Source: Marine group II euryarchaeote REDSEA-S42_B7 (GTDB lineage Archaea > Thermoplasmatota > Poseidoniia > Poseidoniales > Thalassarchaeaceae). From it: 64,000 nt of DNA. Position 1 is the first letter of the stretch, and every line of letters starts with the position of its first letter. The stretch lies in contig LURZ01000009.1 in NCBI GenBank assembly GCA_001629255.1, forward strand, positions 20,876-84,875. The letters are read 5' to 3'. The notes beneath the pieces are model-generated. The model searched no databases and had not been told where the DNA came from. It saw nothing but the letters and a program-made list of their open reading frames with translations. The translations under genes and the position numbers were made by a program. Of the stretch, positions 19,866 to 29,101 are shown in pieces.

Positions 19866-20192
19866 ATGGTGAACATTGCATCAACCATCCTTGCTGGGTT
19901 CCAGGACGATTTAGTCGTCCTGTTCGGCGAAACATTAGGCTGGATCGTAGGGCATTCCATTCTTGCAGCAGCTCTGGCAACTATCGTTTTGGGCATTAAG
20001 GAGCGGGATCATATCATCCAGAGATCAGGATTCGGAAAGAACGAGATATTAGACCTGGGCGTCTTCCTCCTACTCACACTTTCCCTATTCTATATTTACA
20101 CGAACACATTCAACTTCGAATCAGTTGCCTCGTTGGCTCTCGGAGCCACCTCTTCCCTGTCAATCAGATGGATGGTCACCGTATTGGGCTAG
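19866..20192 (+). CDS. small membrane protein, hypothetical
   Basis: The ATG at 19866 lies within track ORF 19833..20192. It has 3 hydrophobic helices. Confidence 0.45.
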   Translation: MVNIASTILAGFQDDLVVLFGETLGWIVGHSILAAALATIVLGIKERDHIIQRSGFGKNEILDLGVFLLLTLSLFYIYTNTFNFESVASLALGATSSLSIRWMVTVLG

Positions 20193-21136
20193 CCTCTTCT
20201 TCTCTTGTAGAGAAAGAATAGTGAAAGCATCAGAATTGCTCCTCCCAAACCTACTCCAATCAACAAACCCTGATTCTCCTCGGTAATGCCAAAGTCTTCA
20301 AGAAATGTTCCATTCACATCCAAACCAACAGATGGAACCACGGTCTCCTTCTCATTAACAGTGAGCGAGAAAGCGAACTCGCTAGAACATCCCCAGTTCG
20401 GATCCGTCATTTCATCTACTACGATTAGACAACCCTCCCATTTGCTCTGAAGATTGGAGGGGGTGGTCAGGACAAAATCACAGTTGACTGAGCCCATAGG
20501 ATTTTCCACTCTACAAGTATCTACAGACATATCATTGAACCCAGAGGGCCACATAGTCTCCTGGCTACTCCCCTTCTCAAGGAGGTGTAGCGAGACTTCC
20601 AGAGAGTTCTCTTCGTTGCTGTCGCAACTGTAAACAACTGAGAACAATACATCTTCTCCCGCCTCAGAGAATATCGCAGAAGGACCGGATGAAGAGCATA
20701 CGGTGTATGGTAGAACTTCCACTTCGATCACATCCTCATCGGAGAACCCAAACACACTCACTGGCACTCCGTTCCACTCAGTGACTACGACACTCACGTT
20801 GATATCATACATCCCGGCTGGAATTTCGCCTGTAGATTCTACAGCAATCTGGAAATCTACAGACTCCCCACCTTCCACAGTCATGCTTCCCGGACCGGCT
20901 ACGTCCAGGTTTCCAGATTGATACGAGATTTCTATACTCTCAGGTCCGGAAGTAGGATTTGTCAGTTCGCAATTAACAATTGCTTGTCTTGTAGAACCAG
21001 GAGATATGTCCAACGTAACCAAATCCTCGCACTCCACATCAGCCTCGGGTAGAATTTGAGCTGAACCAATGGTCGAAAAGCAGCAGATCAGCATCATAGA
21101 GGAAACGAATATGACAGCCTTACGTCGTATTTTCAC
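20189..21136 (-). CDS. secreted, C-terminally anchored cell-surface protein (beta-sandwich-like modules)
   Basis: It has the signal peptide MKIRRKAVIFVSSMMLICCFSTIGSA. The C-terminal TM LLIGVGLGGAILMLSLFFLY is followed by KRRRG. CARDB-like strand patterns are present (AIVNCELTNPTSGPESIEISY). Confidence 0.65.
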   Translation of the reverse strand: MKIRRKAVIFVSSMMLICCFSTIGSAQILPEADVECEDLVTLDISPGSTRQAIVNCELTNPTSGPESIEISYQSGNLDVAGPGSMTVEGGESVDFQIAVESTGEIPAGMYDINVSVVVTEWNGVPVSVFGFSDEDVIEVEVLPYTVCSSSGPSAIFSEAGEDVLFSVVYSCDSNEENSLEVSLHLLEKGSSQETMWPSGFNDMSVDTCRVENPMGSVNCDFVLTTPSNLQSKWEGCLIVVDEMTDPNWGCSSEFAFSLTVNEKETVVPSVGLDVNGTFLEDFGITEENQGLLIGVGLGGAILMLSLFFLYKRRRG

Positions 21137-21244
21137 AATAATTCCTGAGTTTTAACTATCATAGACATTCGTATCTTTTACCAACAATTGGTGCGTTTTG
21201 CCTCCTCAAAGCATTCATGTCAGCCCTTCGTGCCGGAAACCCTC

Positions 21245-22810
21245 ATGGGAGGGGACTCAGATGGACCCAAGGTCGCAATCACCTCACGAAGCACCAAGGT
21301 CACCAGCAGTACAGAGGTCCAAGAGAAACTCATCGTCGCAGCGAGAGTATTCTCTGATCTTCTGAAGCCAACATTCGGACCCAGAGGTCTAGATAAGATG
21401 CTCTACAAGACGGACGGTACCACAGCAGTCACCAACGACGGAGCGAAGATAGTGGCTGAGCTTCTGGTAAGGCACCCTGCTGCCAAGATGATGGTCTCGA
21501 TGGCAGAGTCGCAAGAGGAGGACTGCGGTGACGGGGTAACAACCACGATGCTACTCTGCGGTTCACTGCTAATCGAGGCGAATAACCTATTCAGGAAGGG
21601 CCTCCACCCTCTAACCCTGGTCGATGGATACGAATTATCACTCCAGACCGCTAGATTACAGATAGAGTCAGACCTGAGAAAATGCGATGACAAGAAGCTA
21701 TTGGAAGTGGCCAAGACGTCTCTCAGTGGTAAAGTTGCAGACACCGCCCTCGGGTTCTTCCCACCTCTAATTGTCAAGGCTCTCAGCACAGTGTTAGACA
21801 ACAGGGGAGAGGCATCCGCCCAACACGTTTCCATGTTCAAGAGCGGAACTGGGAGCATCAGGGACTCTCGATTGGTAAACGGGATTATCCTCCGTAGACG
21901 AGTACTGATGGACAACCTACCCAACGACTTACGAGATGCGAAGGTGGTATGTCTAAACGGAGAACTGAAGATTAGAGAAATGTCCAGAGATGCAGAAATG
22001 AAAATCACGAGTGCTGACGACTTGGAATCTTTCATCGAAGCCGAGAAGTACCGGAAGGAGGAAATTTCCAGAAGTATCCTCGAATCTGGTGCAAGGGTAG
22101 TTCTTTGCTCCGGTGAGATCGACAAGGACGTCCTTCATATGCTCTGCCAGAAATCTGTTCTAGTCGTGGAAGGACTGGACTCTTCTGAATTGAGAAACGC
22201 TTCTGGTGCAACGGGAGCTAGGATAGTAGAAAGCCCGCTAGATATAGAGGAGTCTGACCTGGGGCAGTGCGGTAGCGCGTCATGGGAGAGGAAGCCAGCC
22301 ACTAATGAGGTAGAAGACGTGATTCGGATTGAGGGATGCCCAAACCCATCAGTTGTGACTATAGAGATAGGAGGTGCAGGTGAGACAGGTACAGAGGAGG
22401 TAATCAGAGGAATACACGACTCGCTCAGATCTACTTCCTTAGCACTGAATGACTACGTCCTTCCGGGCGCAGGATCTATCCACAGCAGAATAGCTCATGC
22501 AGTTAGATTGGCTTCAGAGAAACAGTCAGGGAGGGAGAGACTTGCAATGGAGGCGTTTTCTAGAGCCATGGAGACGATTCCCTCCACACTTGTTGAGAAC
22601 GCTGGAGGGGAGCCGCTGGACCGTATTCTGGAACTAAGATCTACATCATTGGAGGAGCCTCCCGTTGGAATTTCCGAGGACGGAAAGAAATGGGTAGTGG
22701 AAAGGGTTTGGCACCCTAGGTCAGTAATTGAGAACTCCTTGCAATCGGCCACCGAGACGGCAATGGGGATGCTACGAATAGATCAGGTCATTTCAGCTAG
22801 GGGCGAATAG
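21245..22810 (+). CDS. ths: thermosome (group II chaperonin) subunit, divergent
   Basis: It has the motifs TFGPRGLDKML, VTNDGAKIV, GDGVTTT and VENAGGEPLD. The ATG at 21245 lies within track ORF 21188..22810, which starts at TTG. Confidence 0.85.
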   Translation: MGGDSDGPKVAITSRSTKVTSSTEVQEKLIVAARVFSDLLKPTFGPRGLDKMLYKTDGTTAVTNDGAKIVAELLVRHPAAKMMVSMAESQEEDCGDGVTTTMLLCGSLLIEANNLFRKGLHPLTLVDGYELSLQTARLQIESDLRKCDDKKLLEVAKTSLSGKVADTALGFFPPLIVKALSTVLDNRGEASAQHVSMFKSGTGSIRDSRLVNGIILRRRVLMDNLPNDLRDAKVVCLNGELKIREMSRDAEMKITSADDLESFIEAEKYRKEEISRSILESGARVVLCSGEIDKDVLHMLCQKSVLVVEGLDSSELRNASGATGARIVESPLDIEESDLGQCGSASWERKPATNEVEDVIRIEGCPNPSVVTIEIGGAGETGTEEVIRGIHDSLRSTSLALNDYVLPGAGSIHSRIAHAVRLASEKQSGRERLAMEAFSRAMETIPSTLVENAGGEPLDRILELRSTSLEEPPVGISEDGKKWVVERVWHPRSVIENSLQSATETAMGMLRIDQVISARGE

Positions 22811-22850
22811 CGACCACGAACCTTCAAGCCTCCTTCACACACGGGTTCCC

Positions 22851-24434
22851 ATGGAGCGACCCACAGCGCTGATCAGCGTCTGGGACAAAACCGGAATCGA
22901 AGAACTGGCTGCATCATTACAATCCATGGGCTGGGCAATCCTATCGACGGGTGGAACCGCAACCAGACTCAGAGATTCGGGAATCGAAGTAATGGATGTA
23001 TCCGAAGCTACCGGTCACCCTGAGATATTCGATGGCAGGGTCAAGACCCTACACCCCGCGGTCCACGGAGGGATACTTGCCAGACGCGATTCGAAACAGG
23101 ATATGGAAAAACTGGTGGAAATGGGATATGGGTCAATAGAAATGGTATGCGTAAACCTGTATCCTTTCGAAGAAACCGCCGCGCGAGACCCCCCGGCAAG
23201 CGAACAAGAACTGATTGAGATGATTGATATTGGTGGACCGGCGATGGTGAGATCGGCGGCAAAGAACCATTCAGACGTCATTGTAATCACACACCCAGAT
23301 CAGCATAGATCGGTACTGGAAGCGCTTTCGAAAACCGAAGGGAACCCCTCTGGGGTCGATTTGGGGTTGAGGAGGGACTTGGCAATATCTGCATTCCAAT
23401 CTACCGCAGCTTACGACTCTGCGGTTTCTAACGAGTTGTGGGGAAGATTCACAGAAAGTACGATACCAAATAGAATTCTGACGACCTCAGATCAGGGTGT
23501 AGAACTAAGGTATGGGGAGAATCCTCACCAACCGGCTTCTTTCTTCCCATCTCCTGGGGCGCCAAGAGGGCTCTCAAGAGCAGTTCAACATGGTGGCAAA
23601 CCCCTCTCATACAACAACTACTTGGATCTCGACGCCGCGCTGAGGCTAGTCAGGTCTATTTCGCAGACTTGCGATTTCGGTACTCACTCTTGTGTAGTCA
23701 TCAAGCACACAAATCCCTGTGGGGCCTCTATCTCCGAGAATCAGGTTTCTGCCTGGGAAAACTCTCTGGCCAGCGACCCAGAGAGCGCATTCGGATGCGT
23801 GATCGCATTCGATCAGGTGGTTGAGAGAGAAACCGCCGAGTCAATCGGAAATCACTTCTTTGAATGTATGATTGCACCGGGTTACGAATCGGATGCCTTG
23901 GAGATTCTCTCTGAGAGCAAGAATAGGAGAATTCTGACTCTTGATCCATTAGGCGAACTTACAGATGAACCGAAGATTCGACAAGTACAGGGAGGTTGGC
24001 TATCTCAAATCCAAGGCATTCCTAACATCGATTGGGAAAATGTAAGCCATGTTACCGAAAAGATGCTTGACGGGGACGAGCTAAATCTGGCTAGGTTCGG
24101 TACCTCCGTGATTGCCGAAGTCCAGTCTAATGCGATTATTCTAGTAGTTAAGACAGAGAATGGTTACTCTACCGTGGGAGTCGGTCCCGGGCAGACTAGT
24201 CGGGTGGAGTCAGTCCGAATAGCGGCAAGGAGGGCGGGTGAAAGAGCAAAGGGAGCCATGATGATATCCGATGCCTTCTTTCCCTTCCGCGATGGGATAG
24301 ACACATCAAATGAAATCGGGATTACCAGTATTGTGCAACCAGGAGGCTCAATTCGTGACGATGAAGTAATTGAGGCCGCTAACCAGCATGATATGGCAAT
24401 GATATTTACAGGAATCCGCCTTTTTAGGCATTAG
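22851..24434 (+). CDS. purH: bifunctional AICAR transformylase / IMP cyclohydrolase
   Basis: It has an N-terminal MGS-like domain (ALISVWDKTGIEELA, TGGTA). Other motifs are KTLHPAVHGGILARR, YGENPHQ and the C-terminal RLFRH. Confidence 0.95.
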   Translation: MERPTALISVWDKTGIEELAASLQSMGWAILSTGGTATRLRDSGIEVMDVSEATGHPEIFDGRVKTLHPAVHGGILARRDSKQDMEKLVEMGYGSIEMVCVNLYPFEETAARDPPASEQELIEMIDIGGPAMVRSAAKNHSDVIVITHPDQHRSVLEALSKTEGNPSGVDLGLRRDLAISAFQSTAAYDSAVSNELWGRFTESTIPNRILTTSDQGVELRYGENPHQPASFFPSPGAPRGLSRAVQHGGKPLSYNNYLDLDAALRLVRSISQTCDFGTHSCVVIKHTNPCGASISENQVSAWENSLASDPESAFGCVIAFDQVVERETAESIGNHFFECMIAPGYESDALEILSESKNRRILTLDPLGELTDEPKIRQVQGGWLSQIQGIPNIDWENVSHVTEKMLDGDELNLARFGTSVIAEVQSNAIILVVKTENGYSTVGVGPGQTSRVESVRIAARRAGERAKGAMMISDAFFPFRDGIDTSNEIGITSIVQPGGSIRDDEVIEAANQHDMAMIFTGIRLFRH

Positions 24435-24487
24435 GTGAGTACCTGAATTGGAAGCAAATCCTCTCCAGCGGAGCGGTATCCGGCGGA

Positions 24488-24832
24488 ATGATTGCTATCT
24501 TGATGCTTCTACTTCTTTCTTTAGGTGATATGATATTCGAGTCATGCGGCAGTGCGGCAATCGGCTTTCTTTGTATAGCCCTATTGCCCCCAATTCTAAC
24601 TCAGAAAATATGGGAGGAAAAACTCAATGTGAGACTTAGTCTATATCACCTCGTTCCAACCTCTTTTGGAACGTTCGTTTTTCCTGTATTCGGTGCAACT
24701 TTTGGGGGCCCATCACTTGACGAGTATTCATATTGGCTATTGCTCATCCCATTCGCCGCCTTGGGCGGCCTCTTCTGGAGCCTACCTTTTGCTGGATGGA
24801 ACTACTACAAATCATCAAGAAACTCTGAGTGA
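24488..24832 (+). CDS. small membrane protein, hypothetical
   Basis: It is 114 aa with an ATG start and 4 hydrophobic helices. Confidence 0.5.
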   Translation: MIAILMLLLLSLGDMIFESCGSAAIGFLCIALLPPILTQKIWEEKLNVRLSLYHLVPTSFGTFVFPVFGATFGGPSLDEYSYWLLLIPFAALGGLFWSLPFAGWNYYKSSRNSE

Positions 24833-24865
24833 AAACCATCATACAGCGGGGTTCGATGCACCACT

Positions 24866-25903
24866 GTGTCCAACCCGTCCCAACCACGTTCTAATACCTA
24901 TGAAGACTTGGTATCGGCCATAGGCAATACGCCCCTCATTCGATTGAATAGAATTACGGAGGAACTGAGAAAATCTTCCGTCTGGGTCAAGCTTGAGAGA
25001 TGTAACCCGGGAGGATCGATAAAGGATAGAATCGGTTTGCAGATGGTTCTAGATGCTGAGGAGAAAGGACTACTGAAACCAGGAGGGACAATTGTAGAGG
25101 GAACATCTGGAAACACTGGAATAGGGCTAGCAATGGTTGCTGCACAGCGGGGTTATCGCTGCATCTTCACCATGGCAGATAAAATGAGTAAGGAGAAGAT
25201 AGACCTCCTACGGGCTATGGGAGCTGAGGTTCACGTCTGTCCGACCGCAGTAGAGAAGGAGGATCCCCGTTCGTACTACGAAGTAGCTGCTCGACTGGCA
25301 AGAGAGATACCTGGAGCCTGGTATCCCGACCAATACTCGCACAAGGCGAATCCATTGACTCACTACCTCTCAACAGGACCGGAGATTTGGGAGCAGACTC
25401 AGGGAAAGATAACCCACTTCGTAGCCACTATGGGAACTGGTGGGACGATTTCTGGCACCTCCAAGTCATTGAAGGAGATGGCCGAGTCAAATGGATCAGA
25501 ACCACCAAAGATCGTTGGGGTCGACGCAGTTGGCTCTATTCTCAAACAATGGTTCGAAGAGGGGACCATGGGGCAGCCAGACACGTACAAGGTCGAAGGA
25601 TTCGGAGAGGATTTTATCCCATCTGCAACCGATTTCTCTGTAATTGACGAGATTCGTCAGGTCGATGACGGAGAGTGCTTCCAATGGGCGAGAGCCCTTG
25701 CAAGGAGGGAGGGGATGTTCTGCGGAGGCTCATGTGGGGGCTCGATCAAGGTGGCTATCGATATTGCCAATGAGGCAGAGGAAAATGGTGAGGAAGCCAT
25801 GGTGGTCGCAGTTCTCCCAGATGCCGGTAATCCATATCTTTCGAAGTTCTATAACGACGACTGGCTTAGAGAGAACGGTTGGGAGCCAGACGAGTGGGAA
25901 TAA
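24866..25903 (+). CDS. cysteine synthase / cystathionine beta-synthase family PLP enzyme (no CBS-pair domains)
   Basis: Motifs are TPLIRLNRI, NPGGSIKDR (PLP lysine) and GTSGNTGIGLA. It has a GTG start. Confidence 0.85.
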   Translation: MSNPSQPRSNTYEDLVSAIGNTPLIRLNRITEELRKSSVWVKLERCNPGGSIKDRIGLQMVLDAEEKGLLKPGGTIVEGTSGNTGIGLAMVAAQRGYRCIFTMADKMSKEKIDLLRAMGAEVHVCPTAVEKEDPRSYYEVAARLAREIPGAWYPDQYSHKANPLTHYLSTGPEIWEQTQGKITHFVATMGTGGTISGTSKSLKEMAESNGSEPPKIVGVDAVGSILKQWFEEGTMGQPDTYKVEGFGEDFIPSATDFSVIDEIRQVDDGECFQWARALARREGMFCGGSCGGSIKVAIDIANEAEENGEEAMVVAVLPDAGNPYLSKFYNDDWLRENGWEPDEWE

Positions 25904-27073
25904 TCACACCTTTTCGAAGGCCTTCTCCAAATCAGCAATCAGGTCATTTGGGTCTTCGATTCCCACAGAGAGCCTGACCAGGCCGTCTTCAAACCCTCTA
26001 GCCAAACGCTCCTCTTTAGGAACTTCTGCATGAGTCATAGTTGCAGGATGGGTGATCATAGTCTCTACAGCACCTAAGCTCTCGGCAAGGAGGCACAACT
26101 CGACCGAATTCATTAATTTCTTACCAGCCTCCAATCCTCCCTCCAACTCGAAAGAGATCATCCCACTGTACCCTTTCATCTGACTTTTGGCAACGTGGTG
26201 CATAGGATGCGATTCCAATCCAGGATAAACCACCTTGGATACCTTCGGATGTTCCTCTAAGTAGGACGCTATCTTCTCCGCATTATCCCAATGTCTCTGC
26301 ATCCTCAGATGAAGGGTCTTCAGACCCATAATCACCAACCAGCAATCGAACGGGCTAGGGACAGCTCCAACGCTCTTCTGGATATACTTCAACTGATCAT
26401 ATAAATCGTCTCTATCGGTAATTATTGCACCCCCGATAATCTGGTTATGTCCACTCAGATACTTCGTGGTACTGTGAAGCACCAGATCAGCCCCATACTC
26501 CAGAGGCCTGAGGAAAACCGGGGTCGCGAAAGTGGTGTCCACAACGTAAAGCAGGTCATTACTCCTCGCGATCTTCCCTACAGCCTCTAGATCTGTCACC
26601 TTCAAAAGTGGATTTGTTGGAGTTTCTACCCACACCATCTTCGTCTCTGGACGTATAGCCTTCTGGACATTCTCCGCCACTTGTGAGTCGACATAGGTGA
26701 ATTCGACACCGTAGTTCGTCATCAGGTTGTTGAAAAGTCTGGCAGTCCCGCCGTATACGTCATCGCAGCAGACAACGTGATCGCCCTGTCTTAGAAGCTT
26801 CATACAACTATCCGCACTTGCCATTCCACTGGAGAAAGCAATCCCATACTTGCCTCCCTCCAAAGCGGCCAAGTGCTCCTCCAGATCCTGCCTAGTGGGA
26901 TTGGATGAGCGAGTGTAGTCGAACCCCTTGTCGACCCCTATCTCCTCCAATACATAGGTCGCAGTCTGGTATATCGGGGGTACTATCGCACCCGTTGTCG
27001 GGTCTGGCTTGCTCTTGCCTCTTACTGAGATTGTATCAAAGTCCATGTTTCTCAACATCATCGGATTGGTCAT
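25904..27073 (-). CDS. cystathionine gamma-lyase/gamma-synthase family PLP enzyme
   Basis: It has the PLP-lysine motif HSTTKYLSGHNQ and the C-terminal RLSVGIEDPNDLIADLEKAF. The ATG is at 27073; the track start at 27079 is TTG. Confidence 0.85.
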   Translation of the reverse strand: MTNPMMLRNMDFDTISVRGKSKPDPTTGAIVPPIYQTATYVLEEIGVDKGFDYTRSSNPTRQDLEEHLAALEGGKYGIAFSSGMASADSCMKLLRQGDHVVCCDDVYGGTARLFNNLMTNYGVEFTYVDSQVAENVQKAIRPETKMVWVETPTNPLLKVTDLEAVGKIARSNDLLYVVDTTFATPVFLRPLEYGADLVLHSTTKYLSGHNQIIGGAIITDRDDLYDQLKYIQKSVGAVPSPFDCWLVIMGLKTLHLRMQRHWDNAEKIASYLEEHPKVSKVVYPGLESHPMHHVAKSQMKGYSGMISFELEGGLEAGKKLMNSVELCLLAESLGAVETMITHPATMTHAEVPKEERLARGFEDGLVRLSVGIEDPNDLIADLEKAFEKV

Positions 27074-27091
27074 CTGCAAAAAGAGTTTGAG

Positions 27092-27583
27092 TCAGCCTAT
27101 TTCTCTGATTCTAACTCTAGTTGCCACGTAATACATACCGTAAAGCCCGACTAGGATAATGGTCACAGCTCCATATCCCGGATCTGCACCATTCCATGAG
27201 GATGGCTCGAAAATTTCTCCATCGCCAAGTGTAGAAACCTTCCAGACGAGGGTCGCCGAAGCTGCAGACATCAACCCAATAAGCACAATGATCGCCACTT
27301 TTGCATGACTCGGCACCGTCTTTCCAGTTGCATAGTAATCGAACATCGCAGAGCCGAAGAACCGATTCGTAAGAGTCCACCTGAACATTCTCTCGCTGGA
27401 GTATGAGAAGAGGAAGGCCGCTGGTACAGCCCAAGAAACCGTAGGCCATCCTGGAACCCAAAGGCCGATTATAGCGAAACCTATGAACATAAATCCTAAC
27501 CCCAGGTATAAACGACTCAGAAAGGGATTGCTGGATACGCAATATCTCTCAACAATCTCGTCAATGGTGGCTGTTCTTTCCAT
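27092..27583 (-). CDS. DUF454/YbaN-family membrane protein
   Basis: It has the pattern GLGFMFIGFAIIGLWVPGWPTVSW....FLFSYSSERMFRW and 4 TM helices. Confidence 0.65.
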   Translation of the reverse strand: MERTATIDEIVERYCVSSNPFLSRLYLGLGFMFIGFAIIGLWVPGWPTVSWAVPAAFLFSYSSERMFRWTLTNRFFGSAMFDYYATGKTVPSHAKVAIIVLIGLMSAASATLVWKVSTLGDGEIFEPSSWNGADPGYGAVTIILVGLYGMYYVATRVRIREIG

Positions 27584-27665
27584 GAACTACATCCACTGGT
27601 AGCCCCGCCTTCGTTTAAGTTTGAGTAATCCGAAGACTCAAGCGGAAACTCCTCACCAGAAAGGC

Positions 27666-28313
27666 ATGGGAGCACCATTCGTTCTACCTAGAGCCGCTTC
27701 TATCGAAGAGCCTCTGAGGTTGGCCGTTCTGATTTCAGGAGGCGGATCGGGACTGTCTTCCATATTGTCGTTCCAATCTTCCAAGCCTAGGAGTCATCGG
27801 ACGGTTTTGGTAATTGCAGATAGTGAAAATGCCGGAGGACTAGAGCATGGAAGGAGTGCAGGAATCGCCACGATGGGAATCCCACTTCCGCTGGGACTGC
27901 AGAGCACCGAGCGTCGTCTAGCCCATGAGAGTATGATTCTACGACAACTCAAATCTTCCGGTGTTGAACTAGTTGTTCTCAGTGGGTATATGAGAATCCT
28001 GACACCATCTTTCGTAGCAATATGGAAGGGAAGGCTGCTGAATATTCATCCCTCTCTACTTCCAGATTTCCCTGGGGCGCATGCTCACCGAGACGCACTG
28101 GCTGCAGGTGTGAAAACCACGGGGTGTACCGTACATCTGGTTGATGAGGGCGTTGATTCAGGCCCCATTCTCGCTCAAAGAGAAGTTCCCATTCTCCCTG
28201 ACGACGATGAGGAGTCACTCCAGAAAAGAGTTAGGAAGGTCGAGCATACTCTATATCCCGAGATTATCGATCTTCTCTGCAATGGGGGGGTTTCACTAGA
28301 GGTCCTCGGGTGA
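27666..28313 (+). CDS. purN: phosphoribosylglycinamide formyltransferase
   Basis: Motifs are LAVLISGGGSG, NIHPSLLPDFPG and TGCTVHLVDEGVDSGPILAQ. The ATG at 27666 lies within track ORF 27621..28313. Confidence 0.9.
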   Translation: MGAPFVLPRAASIEEPLRLAVLISGGGSGLSSILSFQSSKPRSHRTVLVIADSENAGGLEHGRSAGIATMGIPLPLGLQSTERRLAHESMILRQLKSSGVELVVLSGYMRILTPSFVAIWKGRLLNIHPSLLPDFPGAHAHRDALAAGVKTTGCTVHLVDEGVDSGPILAQREVPILPDDDEESLQKRVRKVEHTLYPEIIDLLCNGGVSLEVLG

Positions 28314-28850
28314 GTTCACATTCCGAAGGATTTCAGGCCTTTCAATTAGTATCGAATGCTTGACATCTGCGAACTGCGCTCTGAGGGACCTCCTGTCAGA
28401 ATGTAAGATTCGTAAAACGTCCTCGCTCCGAATCAATGCTAGGAGAGGGTGGGACACCTCTCCATCATGGGGCATGATTAGGGCATTATCATCATCCAAA
28501 CCCTCCTGCAGAGAGATGAACAACTCCTCTGTCACCCAGGGGTAGTCTACTGCCGCTAGCTGTAGGATTTCACCGCATCCAGAGTCTAGAAGCGCCTCCT
28601 CAATAGCATCAATCGGACCAGCATGAGTTCTGGCATCCAAAACCCATTCTACATCTGCGTCCGGGCCTACTACGCTTCCATATTTCTCGATGTCTTCAGG
28701 ATTAGCCACAGCGATTCTGATTGGCTCCAATCCTGCAAGAGTCAGTGCCTTGACTACTCTCGAAATCATTGAACGGCCGTCTACCTCAATCATCGCCTTA
28801 TCTATCCCCATCCTAGAGGACTTTCCCCCTGCAAGCAATAGAGACTGCAT
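28296..28850 (-). CDS. MobA-like NTP transferase (molybdenum cofactor guanylyltransferase-like)
   Basis: It has the N-terminal motif LLLAGGKSSRMGIDKAMIEVDGRSMI, and the ~184-aa length is typical of MobA. Its 3' end overlaps the convergent purN 3' end by 18 nt. Confidence 0.7.
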   Translation of the reverse strand: MQSLLLAGGKSSRMGIDKAMIEVDGRSMISRVVKALTLAGLEPIRIAVANPEDIEKYGSVVGPDADVEWVLDARTHAGPIDAIEEALLDSGCGEILQLAAVDYPWVTEELFISLQEGLDDDNALIMPHDGEVSHPLLALIRSEDVLRILHSDRRSLRAQFADVKHSILIERPEILRNVNSPEDL

Positions 28851-28854
28851 AAGC

Positions 28855-29064
28855 TCACCTTAGCTCGTCAAGCCGCTTTAATGCATGATCAATCTCTTCC
28901 ATTAAATCCAATGCACGGTTTATGAGCATCTCTCGATCCTTCCTTGCAGTGGTTCCTATTAGCCACTCCATTAACTGGGCAATATCTTGGGCATCTCTCT
29001 TGATTGTCCACTCTAGAACTTCCTCTGCTACGGGGTCATCCGATGGCAGTAGGCGCTCGACCAT
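28855..29064 (-). CDS. small helical protein, hypothetical
   Basis: I chose the ATG at 29064 (MVERLLPSDDP...) within track ORF 28855..29160, which removes the overlap with the upstream gene. The stop lies 4 nt before the MobA-like ATG. Confidence 0.4.
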   Translation of the reverse strand: MVERLLPSDDPVAEEVLEWTIKRDAQDIAQLMEWLIGTTARKDREMLINRALDLMEEIDHALKRLDELR

Positions 29065-29101
29065 GGCAATCACGAAGGCTAAGGACGAATTAGTACTATG
29101 G

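Noticed and set aside
21403-22125. A 240-aa minus-strand ORF inside the thermosome gene. Similar shadow ORFs lie at 11172..11768 (in thrC), 46051..46746 (in the MTase-like gene) and 43714..44301.
   Set aside because: Each overlaps a motif-supported gene on the opposite strand and has a low-complexity translation. I treat them all as shadow ORFs.
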